Source: Eledone cirrhosa
Lineage: Eukaryota
Length of the DNA stretch: 64,000 nt
Reading direction: 5' to 3'
Assembly: GCA_964016885.1 (NCBI GenBank)
Contig: OZ024745.1
Span: forward strand, 21,328,001 to 21,392,000
Part shown: positions 40,801 through 55,800 of the stretch, in pieces
Position numbering within the stretch: the first letter of the stretch is position 1
Layout: the number at the start of each line of letters is the position of its first letter
The notes under the pieces: model-generated
What the model was told of the DNA's origin: nothing
Seen by the model: only the letters and a program-made list of their open reading frames with translations
The model's database searches: none
Made by a program: the position numbers and the translations under genes

Positions 40801-43800
40801 ATAGGTCTGTTGTGAGGGTATTGACAAGATAGTATTTGACCATAGGTCTGTTGTAAGGGTATTGACAACACAGTATTTGACCATAGGTCTGTTGGAGCGT
40901 ATTGACAAGACAGTATTTGACCATAGGTCTGTTGTGAGGGTATTGACAAGATAGTATTTGACCATAGGTCTGTTGTAAGGGTATTGACAACACAGTATTT
41001 GACCATAGATCTGTTGTAAGGGTATTGACAAGACAGTATTTGACCATAGGTCTGTTGTGAGGGTATTGACAATACAGTATTTGACTATAGGTCTGTTGTG
41101 AGGATATTGACAAGACAGTATTTGACCATAAGTCTGTTGTGATGGTATTGATAAGATAGTATTTGACCATAGGTCTGTTGTGAGGGTATTGACAAGACAG
41201 TATTTGACCATAGGTCTGTTGTGAGGGTATTGACAAGACAGTATTTGACGATAGGTCTGTTGGAGCGTATTGACAAGACAGTATTTGACCATAGATCTGT
41301 TGTGAGGGTATTGACAAGACAGTATTTGACCATAGGTCTGTTGTGAGGGTATTGACCAGACAGTATTTGACCATAGGTCTGTTGTGAGGGTATTGACAAG
41401 ACAGTATTGACCATAGATCTGTGGTTATGGTATTGACAAGATAGTATTTGACCATAGGTCTGTTGTGAGGGTATTGACAAGACAGTATTTGAACATGGGT
41501 CTGTTGTGAGGGTATTGACAAGACAGTATTTGACCAAAGGTCTGTTGTGAGGGTATTGACAAGACAGTATTTGACCATAAGTGTGTTGTGAGGGTATTGA
41601 CAAGACAGTATTTGATCATAGGTCTGTTGTGAGTGTATTGACAAGATAGTATTTGATCATAGGTCTGTTGTGAGGGTATTGACAATACAGTATTTGACCA
41701 TAAGTCTGTTGAGATGGTATTGATAAGATAGTATTTGACCATAGGTCTGTTGTGAGGGTATTGACAAGACAGTATTTGACCAAAGGTCCGTTCTGTGGGT
41801 ATTGACAAGATAGTATTTGACCATAGATCTGTTGTGAGGGTATTGACAAGACAGTATTTGACCAGAAGTCTGTTGCGAGGGTATTGACAAGAGAGTATTT
41901 GATCATAGGTCTGTTGTGAGGGTATTGACAAGATAGTATTTGACCATAGATCTGTTGTGAGGGTATTGACAAGACAGTATTTGACCAAAGGTCCGTTCTG
42001 AGGGTATTGACAATACAGTATTTGACCACAGGTCTGTTGTGAGGCTATTGACAATACAGTATTTGACCAGAAGTCTGTTGTGAGGGTATTGACAAGACAG
42101 TATTTGACCATAGATCTGTGGTGAGGGTATTGACAAGACAGTATTTGAACATAGGTCTGTTGTTAGGGTATTGTCAAGACAGTATTTGACCATAGGTCTG
42201 TTGTGAGGCTATTGATAAGTTAGTATTTGACTATTGGTCGGTTGTGGGGGTATTGACAAGACAGTATTTGACGATAGGTCTGTTGTGAGGGTATTGACAA
42301 ATTAGTATTTGAACATAGGTCTGTTGTGGGGGTATTGACAAGACAGTATTTGACCATAGATCTGTTGTGAGGGTTTTTACAAGACAGTATTTGACCATAG
42401 ATCTGTTGTGAGGGTATTGACAAGATAGTATTTGACTATAGGTCTGTTGTGAGGGTATTAACAAGATAGTATTTGACCATAGGTCTGTTGTGAGGGTATT
42501 GACAAGACAGTAATTGACCATAGGTCTGTTGTGAGGGTATTGACAAGACAGTATTTGACCATAGGTCTGTTGTGAGGTTATTGACAAGACAGTAATTGAC
42601 CATAGATCTGTTGTGAGGGTATTGACAAGACAGCATTTGACCAAAGGTCTGTTGTGAGGGTATTGACAAGACAGTATTTGACCATAGGTCTGTTGTGAGG
42701 GTATTGACAAGACAGTATTTGACCATAGGTCTGTTGTGAGGGTATTGACAAGATAGTATTTGACCATAGGTCTGTTGTGAGGATATTGACAAGACAGTAT
42801 TTGACCAGAAGTCTGTTGTGAGGATATTGACAAGACAGTATTTGACCATAGGTCTGTTGTGAGGGTATTGACAAGACAATATTTGACCATAGGTCTGTTG
42901 TGAGGGTATTGACAAGACAGTATTTGACCATAGGTCTGTTGTGAGGATATTGACAAGACAGTATTTGACCATAGGTCTGTTGTGAGGATATTGACAAGAC
43001 AGTATTTGACCATAGGTCTGTTGTGAGGGTATTGACAAGATAGTATTTGACCATAGGTCTGTTGTAAGGGTATTGACAACACAGTATTTGACCATAGGTC
43101 TGTTGGAGCGTATTGACAAGACAGTATTTGACCATAGGTCTGTTGTGAGGGTATTGACAAGATAGTATTTGACCATAGGTCTGTTGTAAGGGTATTGACA
43201 ACACAGTATTTGACCATAGGTCTGTTGGAGCGTATTGACAAGACAGTATTTGACCATAGATCTGTTGTGAGGGTATTGACAATACAGTATTTGACTATAG
43301 GTCTGTTGTGAGGATATTGACAAGACAGTATTTGACCATAAGTCTGTTGTGATGGTATTGACAAGACAGTATTTGACCAAAGGTCTGTTGTGAGGGTATT
43401 GACAAGACAGTATTTGACCAGAAGTGTGTTGTGAGGGTATTGACAAGACAGTATTTGATCATAGGTCTGTTGTGAGTGTATTGACAAGATAGTATTTGAT
43501 CATAGGTCTGTTGTGAGGGTATTGACAATACAGTATTTGACCATAAGTCTATTTTGATGGTATTGATAAGATAGTATTTGACCATAGGTCTGTTGTGAGG
43601 GTATTGACAAGACAGTATTTGACCAAAGGTCCGTTCTGTGGGTATTGACAAGATAGTATTTGACCATAGATCTGTTGTGAGGGTATTGACAAGACAGTAT
43701 TTGACCAGAAGTCTGTTGTGAGGGTATTGACAAGACAGTATTTGACCATAGATCTGTTGTGAGGGTATTGACAAGATAGTATATGACCATAGGTCTGTTG

Positions 43801-46800
43801 TGAGGGTATTGACAAGAGAGTATTTGATCATAGGTCTGTTGTGAGGGTATTGACAAGATAGTATTTGACCATAGATCTGTTGTGAGGGTATTGACAAGAC
43901 AGTATTTGACCAAAGGTCCGTTCTGAGGGTATTGACAATACAGTATTTGACCACAGGTCTGTTGTGAGGCTATTGACAATACAGTATTTGACCAGAAGTC
44001 TGTTGTGAGGGTATTGACAAGACAGTATTTGACCACAGATCTGTGGTGAGGGTATTGACAAGACAGTATTTGAACATAGGTCTGTTGTTAGGGTATTGTC
44101 AAGACAGTATTTGACCATAGGTCTGTTGTGAGGCTATTGATAAGTTAGTATTTGACTATAGGTCGGTTGTGGGGGTATTGACAAGACAGTATTTGACGAT
44201 AGGTCTGTTGTGAGGGTATTGACAAGTTAGTATTTGAACATAGGTCTGTTGTGTGGGTATTGACAAGACAGTATTTGACCATAGATCTGTTGTGAGGGTA
44301 TTTACAAGACAGTATTTGACCATAGATCTGTTGTGAGGGTATTGACAAGATAGTATTTGACTATAGGTCTGTTGTGAGGGTATTGACAAGACAGTATTTG
44401 ACCATAGGTCTGTTGTGAGAGTATTGACAAGACAGTAGTTGAACAAAGGTCTGTTGTTAGGGTATTGTCAAGACAGTATTTGACCAAAGGTCTGTTGTGA
44501 GCTTATTGACAAGACAGTATTTGACCAAAGGTCTGTCGTGACGGTATTGACAAGACAGTATTTGATCATAGATCTGTTGTGAGGGTATTGACAACACAGT
44601 ATTTGACCATAGGACTGTTGTGAGGGTATTGACAAGACAGTATTTGATCAAAGGTATGTTATGATGGTATTGACAAGATAGTATTAGACCATAGGTCTGT
44701 TGTGAGGGTATTGACAAGACAGTATTTGATCAAAGGTATGTTGTGAGGGTATTGACAAGATAGTATTAGACCATAGGTCTGTTGTGAGGGTATTGACAAG
44801 ACAGTATTTGACCAAAGATCTGTTGTGAGCGTATTGACAAGACAGTACTTGACCATAGGTCTGTTGTGAGGGTATTGACAAGACAGTATTTGACCAAAGG
44901 TCTGTTGTGAGGGTATTGACAAGACAGTACTTGACCATACGTCTGTTGTGAGGTTATAGATAAGACAGTATTTGACCAAAGGTCTGTTGTGAGGGTATTG
45001 ACAAGACAGTATTTGACGAAATGTGTGTTGGTAGCGTATTGACAAGACAGTATTTGATCAAAGGTATGTTATGAGGGTATTGACGAGACATTATTTGACC
45101 ATAGGTCTGTTGTGAGGGTATTGACAAGACAGTATTTGACCAAAGGTCCATTCTGAGGGTATTGGCAAGACAGTATTTGACCATGGGTCTGTTGTGAGGG
45201 TATTGGCAAGACAGTATTTGACCATGGGTCTGTTGTGAGGGTATTGGCAAGACAGTATTCGACCATGGGTCTGTTGTGAGGGTATTGACAAGATAGTATC
45301 TGACCATGGGTCTGTTGTGAGAGTATTGGCAAGACAGTATTTGACCATGGGTCTGTTGTGAGGGTATTGGCAAGACAGTATCTGACCATGGGTCTGTTAT
45401 GAGGGTATTGGCAAGACAGTTTTCGACCATGGGTCTGTTGTGAGGGTATTGACAAGAGGGTACTTGACCATAGGTCTGTTGTGAGGGTATTGGCAAGATA
45501 GTATTTGACCATATGTCTGTTGTGAGGGTATTGACAAGACGGTATTTGACCATAGGTCTGTTGTGAGGATATTGAAAAGACAGTATTTGACCATATGTCT
45601 GTTGTGAGGATATTGACAAGACAGTATTTGACCATAGATCTGTTGTGAGGGTATTGACAAGATAGTATTTGACCATAGGTCTGTTGTGAGGGTATTGACA
45701 AGACAGTATTTGACCATAGGTCTGTTGTGAGGGTATTGACAAGACAGTCTTTGACCAGAAGTGTGTTATGAGGGTATTGACAAGACAGTATTTGATCATA
45801 GGTCTGTTGTGAGGGTATTGACAAGACAGTATTTGACCATAGGTCTGTTGTGAGGGTATTGACAAGACAGTATTTGACCATAGGTCTGTTCTGAGGGTAT
45901 TGAAAAGACAGTATTTCACCATAGGTCTGTTGTGAGGATATTGACAAGACAGTATTTGACTAAAGGTCTGTTGTGAGGATATTGACAAGAGAGTATTTGA
46001 CCAAAGGTCTGTTGTGAGGGTATTGACAAGACAGTATTTGACCAAAGATCTGTTGTGAGCGTATTGGCAAGACAGTACTTGACCATAGGTCTGTTGTGAG
46101 GGTATTGACAAGACAGTATTTGACCAAAGGTCTGTTGTGAGGGTATTGACAAGATAGTACTTGACCATAGGTCTGTTGTGAGTTTATAGATAAGACAGTA
46201 TTTGACCAAAGTCTGTTGTGAGGGTATTGACAAGACAGTACTTGACCATAGGTCTGTTGTGAGTGTATTGACAAGATAGTATTTGATAATAGGTCTGTTG
46301 TGAGGGTATTGACAAGACAGTATTTGACCAAAGGTCCGTTCTGAGGGTATTGGCAAGACAGTATTTGGCCATTGATCTGTTGTGAGGGTATTGACAAGAT
46401 AGTATTTGACCATAGGTCAGTTGTGAGGGTATTGACAAGACAGTATTTGACCATAGGTCTGTTTTGACGGTATTGACAAGACAGTATTTGACCAAAGGTC
46501 TGTTGTGAGGGTATTGACAAGACAGTATTTGACCAAAGGTCTGTTGTGAGGGTATTGACAAGACAGTATTTGATCATAGGTCTGTTGTGAGGGTATTGAC
46601 AAGACAGTATTTGATCATAGGTCTGTTGTGAGGGTATTGACGAGACAGTATTTGACCAAAGCTCTGTTGTGAGGGTATTGACAAGACAGTATTTGACCAA
46701 AAGTCTGTTGTGAGGGTATTGACAAGACAGTATTTGACCAAAGGTCTGTTCTGAGGGTATTGACAAGACAGTATTTGATCATAGGTCTGTTGTGAGGGTA

Positions 46801-49800
46801 TTGACAAGACAGTATTTGACCAAAGGTCTGTTGTGAGGGTATTGACAATACAGTATTTGACCATAGGTCTGTTGTTAGGGTATTGACAAGATAGTATTTG
46901 ACCGTAGGTCTGTTGTGAGGGTATTGACAAGATAGTATTTGACTAAAGGTCTGTTGTGAGGGTATTGACAAGACAGTATTTGACCATAGGTCTGTTGTGA
47001 GGGTATTGACAAGACGGTATTTGACCAAAAGTCTGTTGTGAGGGTATTGACAAGACAGTATTTGACCAGACGTCTGTTGTGAGGGTATTGACAATACAGT
47101 ATTTGACCATAGGTCTGTTGTGAGGGTATTGACAAGACAGTATTTGACCATAGGTCTGTTGTGAGGATATTGACAACACAGTATTTCATTATAGGTCTGT
47201 TGTGAGGGTATTGACAAGATAGTATTTGACCATAGGTCTGTTGTGAGGGTATTGACAAGACAGTACTTGACCATAGGTCTGCTGTGAGGGTATTGACAAG
47301 ACAGTATTTGACCAAAGGTCTGTTGTGAGGGTATTGACAAGACAGTATTTGACCATAGGTCTGTTGTAAGGGTATTGACAAGACAGTATTTGACCAAAGG
47401 TCTGTGGTGAGGGTATTGACAAGACAGTATTTGACCACAGGTCTGTTGTGAGCCTATTGACAAGACAGTACTTGACCATACGTCTGTTGTGAGGGTATTG
47501 ACAAGACAGTATTTGACTAAAGGTCTGTTGTGAGGGTATTGACAAAACAGTATTTGACAACAGGTCTGTTGTGAGGGTATTGACAAGACAGTATTTGACC
47601 AAAGGTCTGTTGTGAGGGTATTGACAAGATAGTATTTGACCATAGGTCTGTTGTGAGGGTATTGACAAGATAGTATTTGACCATAGGTCTGTTGTGAGTG
47701 TATTGGCAAGACAGTATTTGACCATAGGTCTGTTGTGAGGGTATTGACAAGACAGTATCTGACCATAGATCTGTTGTGACGGTATTGACAAGACAGTATT
47801 TGACCGTAGGTCTGTTGTGAGGGTATTGACAAGACGGTACTTGATCATAGGTCTGTTGTGAAGGTATTGACAACACAGTACTTGATCATAGGTCTGTTGT
47901 GAGGGTATTGACAAGACAGTACTTGACTATAGGTCTGTTGTGAGGGTATTGACAATATAGTATTTGAACAAAGTTCTGTTGTGAGTTTATTGAAAAGACA
48001 GTATTTCACCATAGGTCTGTTGTGAGGATATTGACAAGACAGTATTTGACTAAAGGTCTGTAGTGAGGGTATTGACAAGAGAGTATTTGACCAAAGGTCT
48101 GTTGTGAGGGTATTGACAAGACAGTATTTGACCAAAGATCTGTTGTGAGCGTATTGACAAGACAGTACTTGACCACAGGTCTGTTGTGAGGGTATTGACA
48201 AGACAGTATTTGACCAAAGGTCTGTTGTGAGGGTATTGACAAGACAGTACTTGACCATACGTCTGTTGTGAGGTTATAGATAAGACAATATTTGACCAAA
48301 GGTCTATTGTGAGGGTATTGACAAGACAGTACTTGACCATAGGTCTGTTGTGAGTGTATTGACAAGATAGTATTTGATAATAGGTCAGTTGTGAGGGTAT
48401 TGACAAGACAGTATTTGACCATAGGTCTGTTTTGACGGTATTGACAAGACAGTATTTGACCAAAGGTCTGTTGTGAGGGTATTGACAAGACAGTATTTGA
48501 CCATAGGTCTGTTGTGACGGTATTGACAAGACAGTATTTGACCAAAGGTCTGTTGTGAGGGTATTGACAAGACAGTATTTGACCAAAGGTCTGTTGTGAG
48601 GGTATTGACAAGAGAGTATTTGATCATAGGTCTGTTGTGAGGGTATTGACAAGACAGTATTTGATCATAGGTCTGTTGTGAGGGTATTGGCGAGACAGTA
48701 TTTGACCAAAGCTCTGTTGTGAGGGTATTGACAAGACAGTATTTGACCAAAGGTCTGTTGTGAGGGTATTGACAAGACAGTATTTGACCAAAGGTCTGTT
48801 GTGAGGGTATTGACAAGACAGTATTTGATCATAGGTCTGTTGTGAGGGTATTGACAAGACAGTATTTGACCAAAGGTCTGTTGTGAGGGTATTGATAAGA
48901 CAGTATTTGACCAAAGGTCTGTTGTGAGGGTATTGACAAGACAGTATTTGACCAAAGGTCTGTTGTGAGGGTATTGACAAGACAGTATTTGATCATAGGT
49001 CTGTTGTGAGGGTATTGACAAGACAGTATTTGACCAAAGGTCCGTTCTGAGGGTATTGGCAAGACAGTATTTGGCCATTGATCTGTTGTGAGGGTATTGA
49101 CAAGATAGTATTTGACCATAGGTCTGTTGTGAGGATATTGACAAGACAGTATTTGACCATAGGTCTGTTGTGAGGGTATTGACAAGATAGTATTTGACCA
49201 TAGGTCTGTTGTAAGGGTATTGACAACACAGTATTTGACCATAGGTCTGTTGGAGCGTATTGACAAGACAGTATTTGACCATAGGTCTGTTGTGAGGGTA
49301 TTGACAAGATAGTATTTGACCATAGGTCTGTTGTAAGGGTATTGACAACACAGTATTTGACCATAGGTCTGTTGGAGCGTATTGACAAGACAGTATTTGA
49401 CCATAGATCTGTTGTGAGGGTATTGACAATACAGTATTTGACTATAGGTCTGTTGTGAGGATATTGACAAGACAGTATTTGACCATAAGTCTGTTGTGAT
49501 GGTATTGACAAGACAGTATTTGACCAAAGGTCTGTTGTGAGGGTATTGACAAGACAGTATTTGACCAGAAGTGTGTTGTGAGGGTATTGACAAGACAGTA
49601 TTTGATCATAGGTCTGTTGTGAGTGTATTGACAAGATAGTATTTGATCATAGGTCTGTTGTGAGGGTATTGACAATACAGTATTTGACCATAAGTCTATT
49701 TTGATGGTATTGATAAGATAGTATTTGACCATAGGTCTGTTGTGAGGGTATTGACAAGACAGTATTTGACCAAAGGTCCGTTCTGTGGGTATTGACAAGA

Positions 49801-52800
49801 TAGTATTTGACCATAGATCTGTTGTGAGGGTATTGACAAGACAGTATTTGACCAGAAGTCTGTTGTGAGGGTATTGACAAGACAGTATTTGACCATAGAT
49901 CTGTTGTGAGGGTATTGACAAGATAGTATATGACCATAGGTCTGTTGTGAGGGTATTGACAAGAGAGTATTTGATCATAGGTCTGTTGTGAGGGTATTGA
50001 CAAGATAGTATTTGACCATAGATCTGTTGTGAGGGTATTGACAAGACAGTATTTGACCAAAGGTCCGTTCTGAGGGTATTGACAATACAGTATTTGACCA
50101 CAGGTCTGTTGTGAGGCTATTGACAATACAGTATTTGACCAGAAGTCTGTTGTGAGGGTATTGACAAGACAGTATTTGACCACAGATCTGTGGTGAGGGT
50201 ATTGACAAGACAGTATTTGAACATAGGTCTGTTGTTAGGGTATTGTCAAGACAGTATTTGACCATAGGTCTGTTGTGAGGCTATTGATAAGTTAGTATTT
50301 GACTATAGGTCGGTTGTGGGGGTATTGACAAGACAGTATTTGACGATAGGTCTGTTGTGAGGGTATTGACAAGTTAGTATTTGAACATAGGTCTGTTGTG
50401 TGGGTATTGACAAGACAGTATTTGACCATAGATCTGTTGTGAGGGTATTTACAAGACAGTATTTGACCATAGATCTGTTGTGAGGGTATTGACAAGATAG
50501 TATTTGACTATAGGTCTGTTGTGAGGGTATTGACAAGACAGTATTTGACCATAGGTCTGTTGTGAGGTTATTGACAAGACAGTAGTTGAACAAAGGTCTG
50601 TTGTTAGGGTATTGTCAAGACAGTATTTGACCAAAGGTCTGTTGTGAGCTTATTGACAAGACAGTATTTGACCAAAGGTCTGTCGTGACGGTATTGACAA
50701 GACAGTATTTGATCATAGATCTGTTGTGAGGGTATTGACAACACAGTATTTGACCATAGGACTGTTGTGAGGGTATTGACAAGACAGTATTTGATCAAAG
50801 GTATGTTATGATGGTATTGACAAGATAGTATTAGACCATAGGTCTGTTGTGAGGGTATTGACAAGACAGTATTTGATCAAAGGTATGTTGTGAGGGTATT
50901 GACAAGATAGTATTAGACCATAGGTCTGTTGTGAGGGTATTGACAAGACAGTATTTGACCAAAGATCTGTTGTGAGCGTATTGACAAGACAGTACTTGAC
51001 CATAGGTCTGTTGTGAGGGTATTGACAAGACAGTATTTGACCAAAGGTCTGTTGTGAGGGTATTGACAAGACAGTACTTGACCATACGTCTGTTGTGAGG
51101 TTATAGATAAGACAGTATTTGACCAAAGGTCTGTTGTGAGGGTATTGACAAGACAGTATATGACGAAATGTGTGTTGGTAGCGTATTGACAAGACAGTAT
51201 TTGATCAAAGGTATGTTATGAGGGTATTGACGAGACATTATTTGACCATAGGTCTGTTGTGAGGGTATTGACAAGACAGTATTTGACCAAAGGTCCATTC
51301 TGAGGGTATTGGCAAGACAGTATTTGACCATGGGTCTGTTGCGAGGGTATTGGCAAGACAGTATTTGACCATGGGTCTGTTGTGAGGGTATTGGCAAGAC
51401 AGTATTCGACCATGGGTCTGTTGTGAGGGTATTGACAAGATAGTATCTGACCATGGGTCTGTTGTGAGAGTATTGGCAAGACAGTATTTGACCATGGGTC
51501 TGTTGTGAGGGTATTGGCAAGACAGTATCTGACCATGGGTCTGTTATGAGGGTATTGGCAAGACAGTTTTCGACCATGGGTCTGTTGTGAGGGTATTGAC
51601 AAGAGGGTACTTGACCATAGGTCTGTTGTGAGGGTATTGGCAAGATAGTATTTGACCATATGTCTGTTGTGAGGATATTGAAAAGACAGTATTTGACCAT
51701 ATGTCTGTTGTGAGGATATTGACAAGACAGTATTTGACCATAGATCTGTTGTGAGGGTATTGACAAGATAGTATTTGACCATAGGTCTGTTGTGAGGGTA
51801 TTGACAAGACAGTATTTGACCATAGGTCTGTTGTGAGGGTATTGACAAGACAGTCTTTGACCAGAAGTGTGTTATGAGGGTATTGACAAGACAGTATTTG
51901 ATCATAGGTCTGTTGTGAGGGTATTGACAAGACAGTATTTGACCATAGGTCTGTTGTGAGGGTATTGACAAGACAGTATTTGACCATAGGTCTGTTCTGA
52001 GGGTATTGAAAAGACAGTATTTCACCATAGGTCTGTTGTGAGGATATTGACAAGACAGTATTTGACTAAAGGTCTGTTGTGAGGATATTGACAAGAGAGT
52101 ATTTGACCAAAGGTCTGTTGTGAGGGTATTGACAAGACAGTATTTGACCAAAGATCTGTTGTGAGCGTATTGGCAAGACAGTACTTGACCATAGGTCTGT
52201 TGTGAGGGTATTGACAAGACAGTATTTGACCAAAGGTCTGTTGTGAGGGTATTGACAAGATAGTACTTGACCATAGGTCTGTTGTGAGTTTATAGATAAG
52301 ACAGTATTTGACCAAAGTCTGTTGTGAGGGTATTGACAAGACAGTACTCGACCATAGGTCTGTTGTGAGTGTATTGACAAGATAGTATTTGATAATAGGT
52401 CTGTTGTGAGGGTATTGACAAGACAGTATTTGACCAAAGATCCGTTCTGAGGGTATTGGAAAGACAGTATTTGGCCATTGATCTGTTGTGGGGGTATTGA
52501 CAAGATAGTATTTGACCATAGGTCAGTTGTGAGGGTATTGACAAGACAGTATTTGACCATAGGTCTGTTTTGACGGTATTGACAAGACAGTATTTGACCA
52601 AAGGTCTGTTGTGAGGGTATTGACAAGACAGTATTTGACCAAAGGTCTGTTGTGAGGGTATTGACAAGACAGTATTTGATCATAGGTCTGTTGTGAGGGT
52701 ATTGACAAGACAGTATTTGATCATAGGTCTGTTGTGAGGGTATTGACGAGACAGTATTTGACCAAAGCTCTGTTGTGAGGGTATTGACAAGACAGTATTT

Positions 52801-55800
52801 GACCAAAAGTCTGTTGTGAGGGTATTGACAAGACAGTATTTGACCAAAGGTCTGTTCTGAGGGTATTGACAAGACAGTATTTGATCATAGGTCTGTTGTG
52901 AGGGTATTGACAAGACAGTATTTGACCAAAGGTCTGTTGTGAGGGTATTGACAATACAGTATTTGACCATAGGTCTGTTGTTAGGGTATTGACAAGATAG
53001 TATTTGACCGTAGGTCTGTTGTGAGGGTATTGACAAGATAGTATTTGACTAAAGGTCTGTTGTGAGGGTATTGACAAGACAGTATTTGACCATAGGTCTG
53101 TTGTGAGGGTATTGACAAGACGGTATTTGACCAAAAGTCTGTTGTGAGGGTATTGACAAGACAGTATTTGACCAGACGTCTGTTGTGAGGGTATTGACAA
53201 TACAGTATTTGACCATAGGTCTGTTGTGAGGGTATTGACAAGACAGTATTTGACCATAGGTCCGTTGTGAGGATATTGACAACACAGTATTTCATTATAG
53301 GTCTGTTGTGAGGGTATTGACAAGATAGTATTTGACCATAGGTCTGTTGTGAGGGTATTGACAAGACAGTACTTGACCATAGGTCTGCTGTGAGGGTATT
53401 GACAAGACAGTATTTGACCAAAGGTCTGTTGTGAGGGTATTGACAAGACAGTATTTGACCATAGGTCTGTTGTAAGGGTATTGACAAGACAGTATTTGAC
53501 CAAAGGTCTGTGGTGAGGGTATTGACAAGACAGTATTTGACCACAGGTCTGTTGTGAGCCTATTGACAAGACAGTACTTGACCATACGTCTGTTGTGAGG
53601 GTATTGACAAGACAGTATTTGACTAAAGGTCTGTTGTGAGGGTATTGACAAAACAGTATTTGACAACAGGTCTGTTGTGAGGGTATTGACAAGACAGTAT
53701 TTGACCAAAGGTCTGTTGTGAGGGTATTGACAAGATAGTATTTGACCATAGGTCTGTTGTGAGGGTATTGACAAGATAGTATTTGACCATAGGTCTGTTG
53801 TGAGTGTATTGGCAAGACAGTATTTGACCATAGGTCTGTTGTGAGGGTATTGACAAGACAGTATCTGACCATAGATCTGTTGTGACGGTATTGACAAGAC
53901 AGTATTTGACCGTAGGTCTGTTGTGAGGGTATTGACAAGACGGTACTTGATCATAGGTCTGTTGTGAAGGTATTGACAACACAGTACTTGATCATAGGTC
54001 TGTTGTGAGGGTATTGACAAGACAGTACTTGACTATAGGTCTGTTGTGAGGGTATTGACAATATAGTATTTGAACAAAGTTCTGTTGTGAGTTTATTGAA
54101 AAGACAGTATTTCACCATAGGTCTGTTGTGAGGATATTGACAAGACAGTATTTGACTAAAGGTCTGTAGTGAGGGTATTGACAAGAGAGTATTTGACCAA
54201 AGGTCTGTTGTGAGGGTATTGACAAGACAGTATTTGACCAAAGATCTGTTGTGAGCGTATTGACAAGACAGTACTTGACCACAGGTCTGTTGTGAGGGTA
54301 TTGACAAGACAGTATTTGACCAAAGGTCTGTTGTGAGGGTATTGACAAGACAGTACTTGACCATACGTCTGTTGTGAGGTTATAGATAAGACAATATTTG
54401 ACCAAAGGTCTATTGTGAGGGTATTGACAAGACAGTACTTGACCATAGGTCTGTTGTGAGTGTATTGACAAGATAGTATTTGATAATAGGTCAGTTGTGA
54501 GGGTATTGACAAGACAGTATTTGACCATAGGTCTGTTTTGACGGTATTGACAAGACAGTATTTGACCAAAGGTCTGTTGTGAGGGTATTGACAAGACAGT
54601 ATTTGACCATAGGTCTGTTGTGACGGTATTGACAAGACAGTATTTGACCAAAGGTCTGTTGTGAGGGTATTGACAAGACAGTATTTGACCAAAGGTCTGT
54701 TGTGAGGGTATTGACAAGAGAGTATTTGATCATAGGTCTGTTGTGAGGGTATTGACAAGACAGTATTTGATCATAGGTCTGTTGTGAGGGTATTGGCGAG
54801 ACAGTATTTGACCAAAGCTCTGTTGTGAGGGTATTGACAAGACAGTATTTGACCAAAGGTCTGTTGTGAGGGTATTGACAAGACAGTATTTGACCAAAGG
54901 TCTGTTGTGAGGGTATTGACAAGACAGTATTTGATCATAGGTCTGTTGTGAGGGTATTGACAAGACAGTATTTGACCAAAGGTCTGTTGTGAGGGTATTG
55001 ATAAGACAGTATTTGACCAAAGGTCTGTTGTGAGGGTATTGACAAGACAGTATTTGACCAAAGGTCTGTTGTGAGGGTATTGACAAGACAGTATTTGATC
55101 ATAGGTCTGTTGTGAGGGTATTGACAAGACAGTATTTTACCAAAGGTCCGTTCTGAGGGTATTGGCAAGACAGTATTTGGCCATTGATCTGTTGTGAGGG
55201 TATTGACAAGATAGTATTTGACCATAGGTCTGTTGTGAGGGTATTGACAAGATAGTATTTGACTAAAGGTCTGTTGTGAGGGTATTGACAAGACAGTATT
55301 TGACCATAGGTCTGTTGTGAGGGTATTGACAAGACGGTATTTGACCAAAAGTCTGTTGTGAGGGTATTGACAAGACAGTATTTGACCAGACGTCTGTTGT
55401 GAGGGTATTGACAATACAGTATTTGACCATAGGTCTGTTGTGAGGGTATTGACAAGACAGTATTTGACCATAGGTCCGTTGTGAGGATATTGACAACACA
55501 GTATTTCATTATAGGTCTGTTGTGAGGGTATTGACAAGATAGTATTTGACCATAGGTCTGTTGTGAGGGTATTGACAAGACAGTACTTGACCATAGGTCT
55601 GCTGTGAGGGTATTGACAAGACAGTATTTGACCAAAGGTCTGTTGTGAGGGTATTGACAAGACAGTATTTGACCATAGGTCTGTTGTAAGGGTATTGACA
55701 AGACAGTATTTGACCAAAGGTCTGTGGTGAGGGTATTGACAAGACAGTATTTGACCACAGGTCTGTTGTGAGCCTATTGACAAGACAGTACTTGACCATA

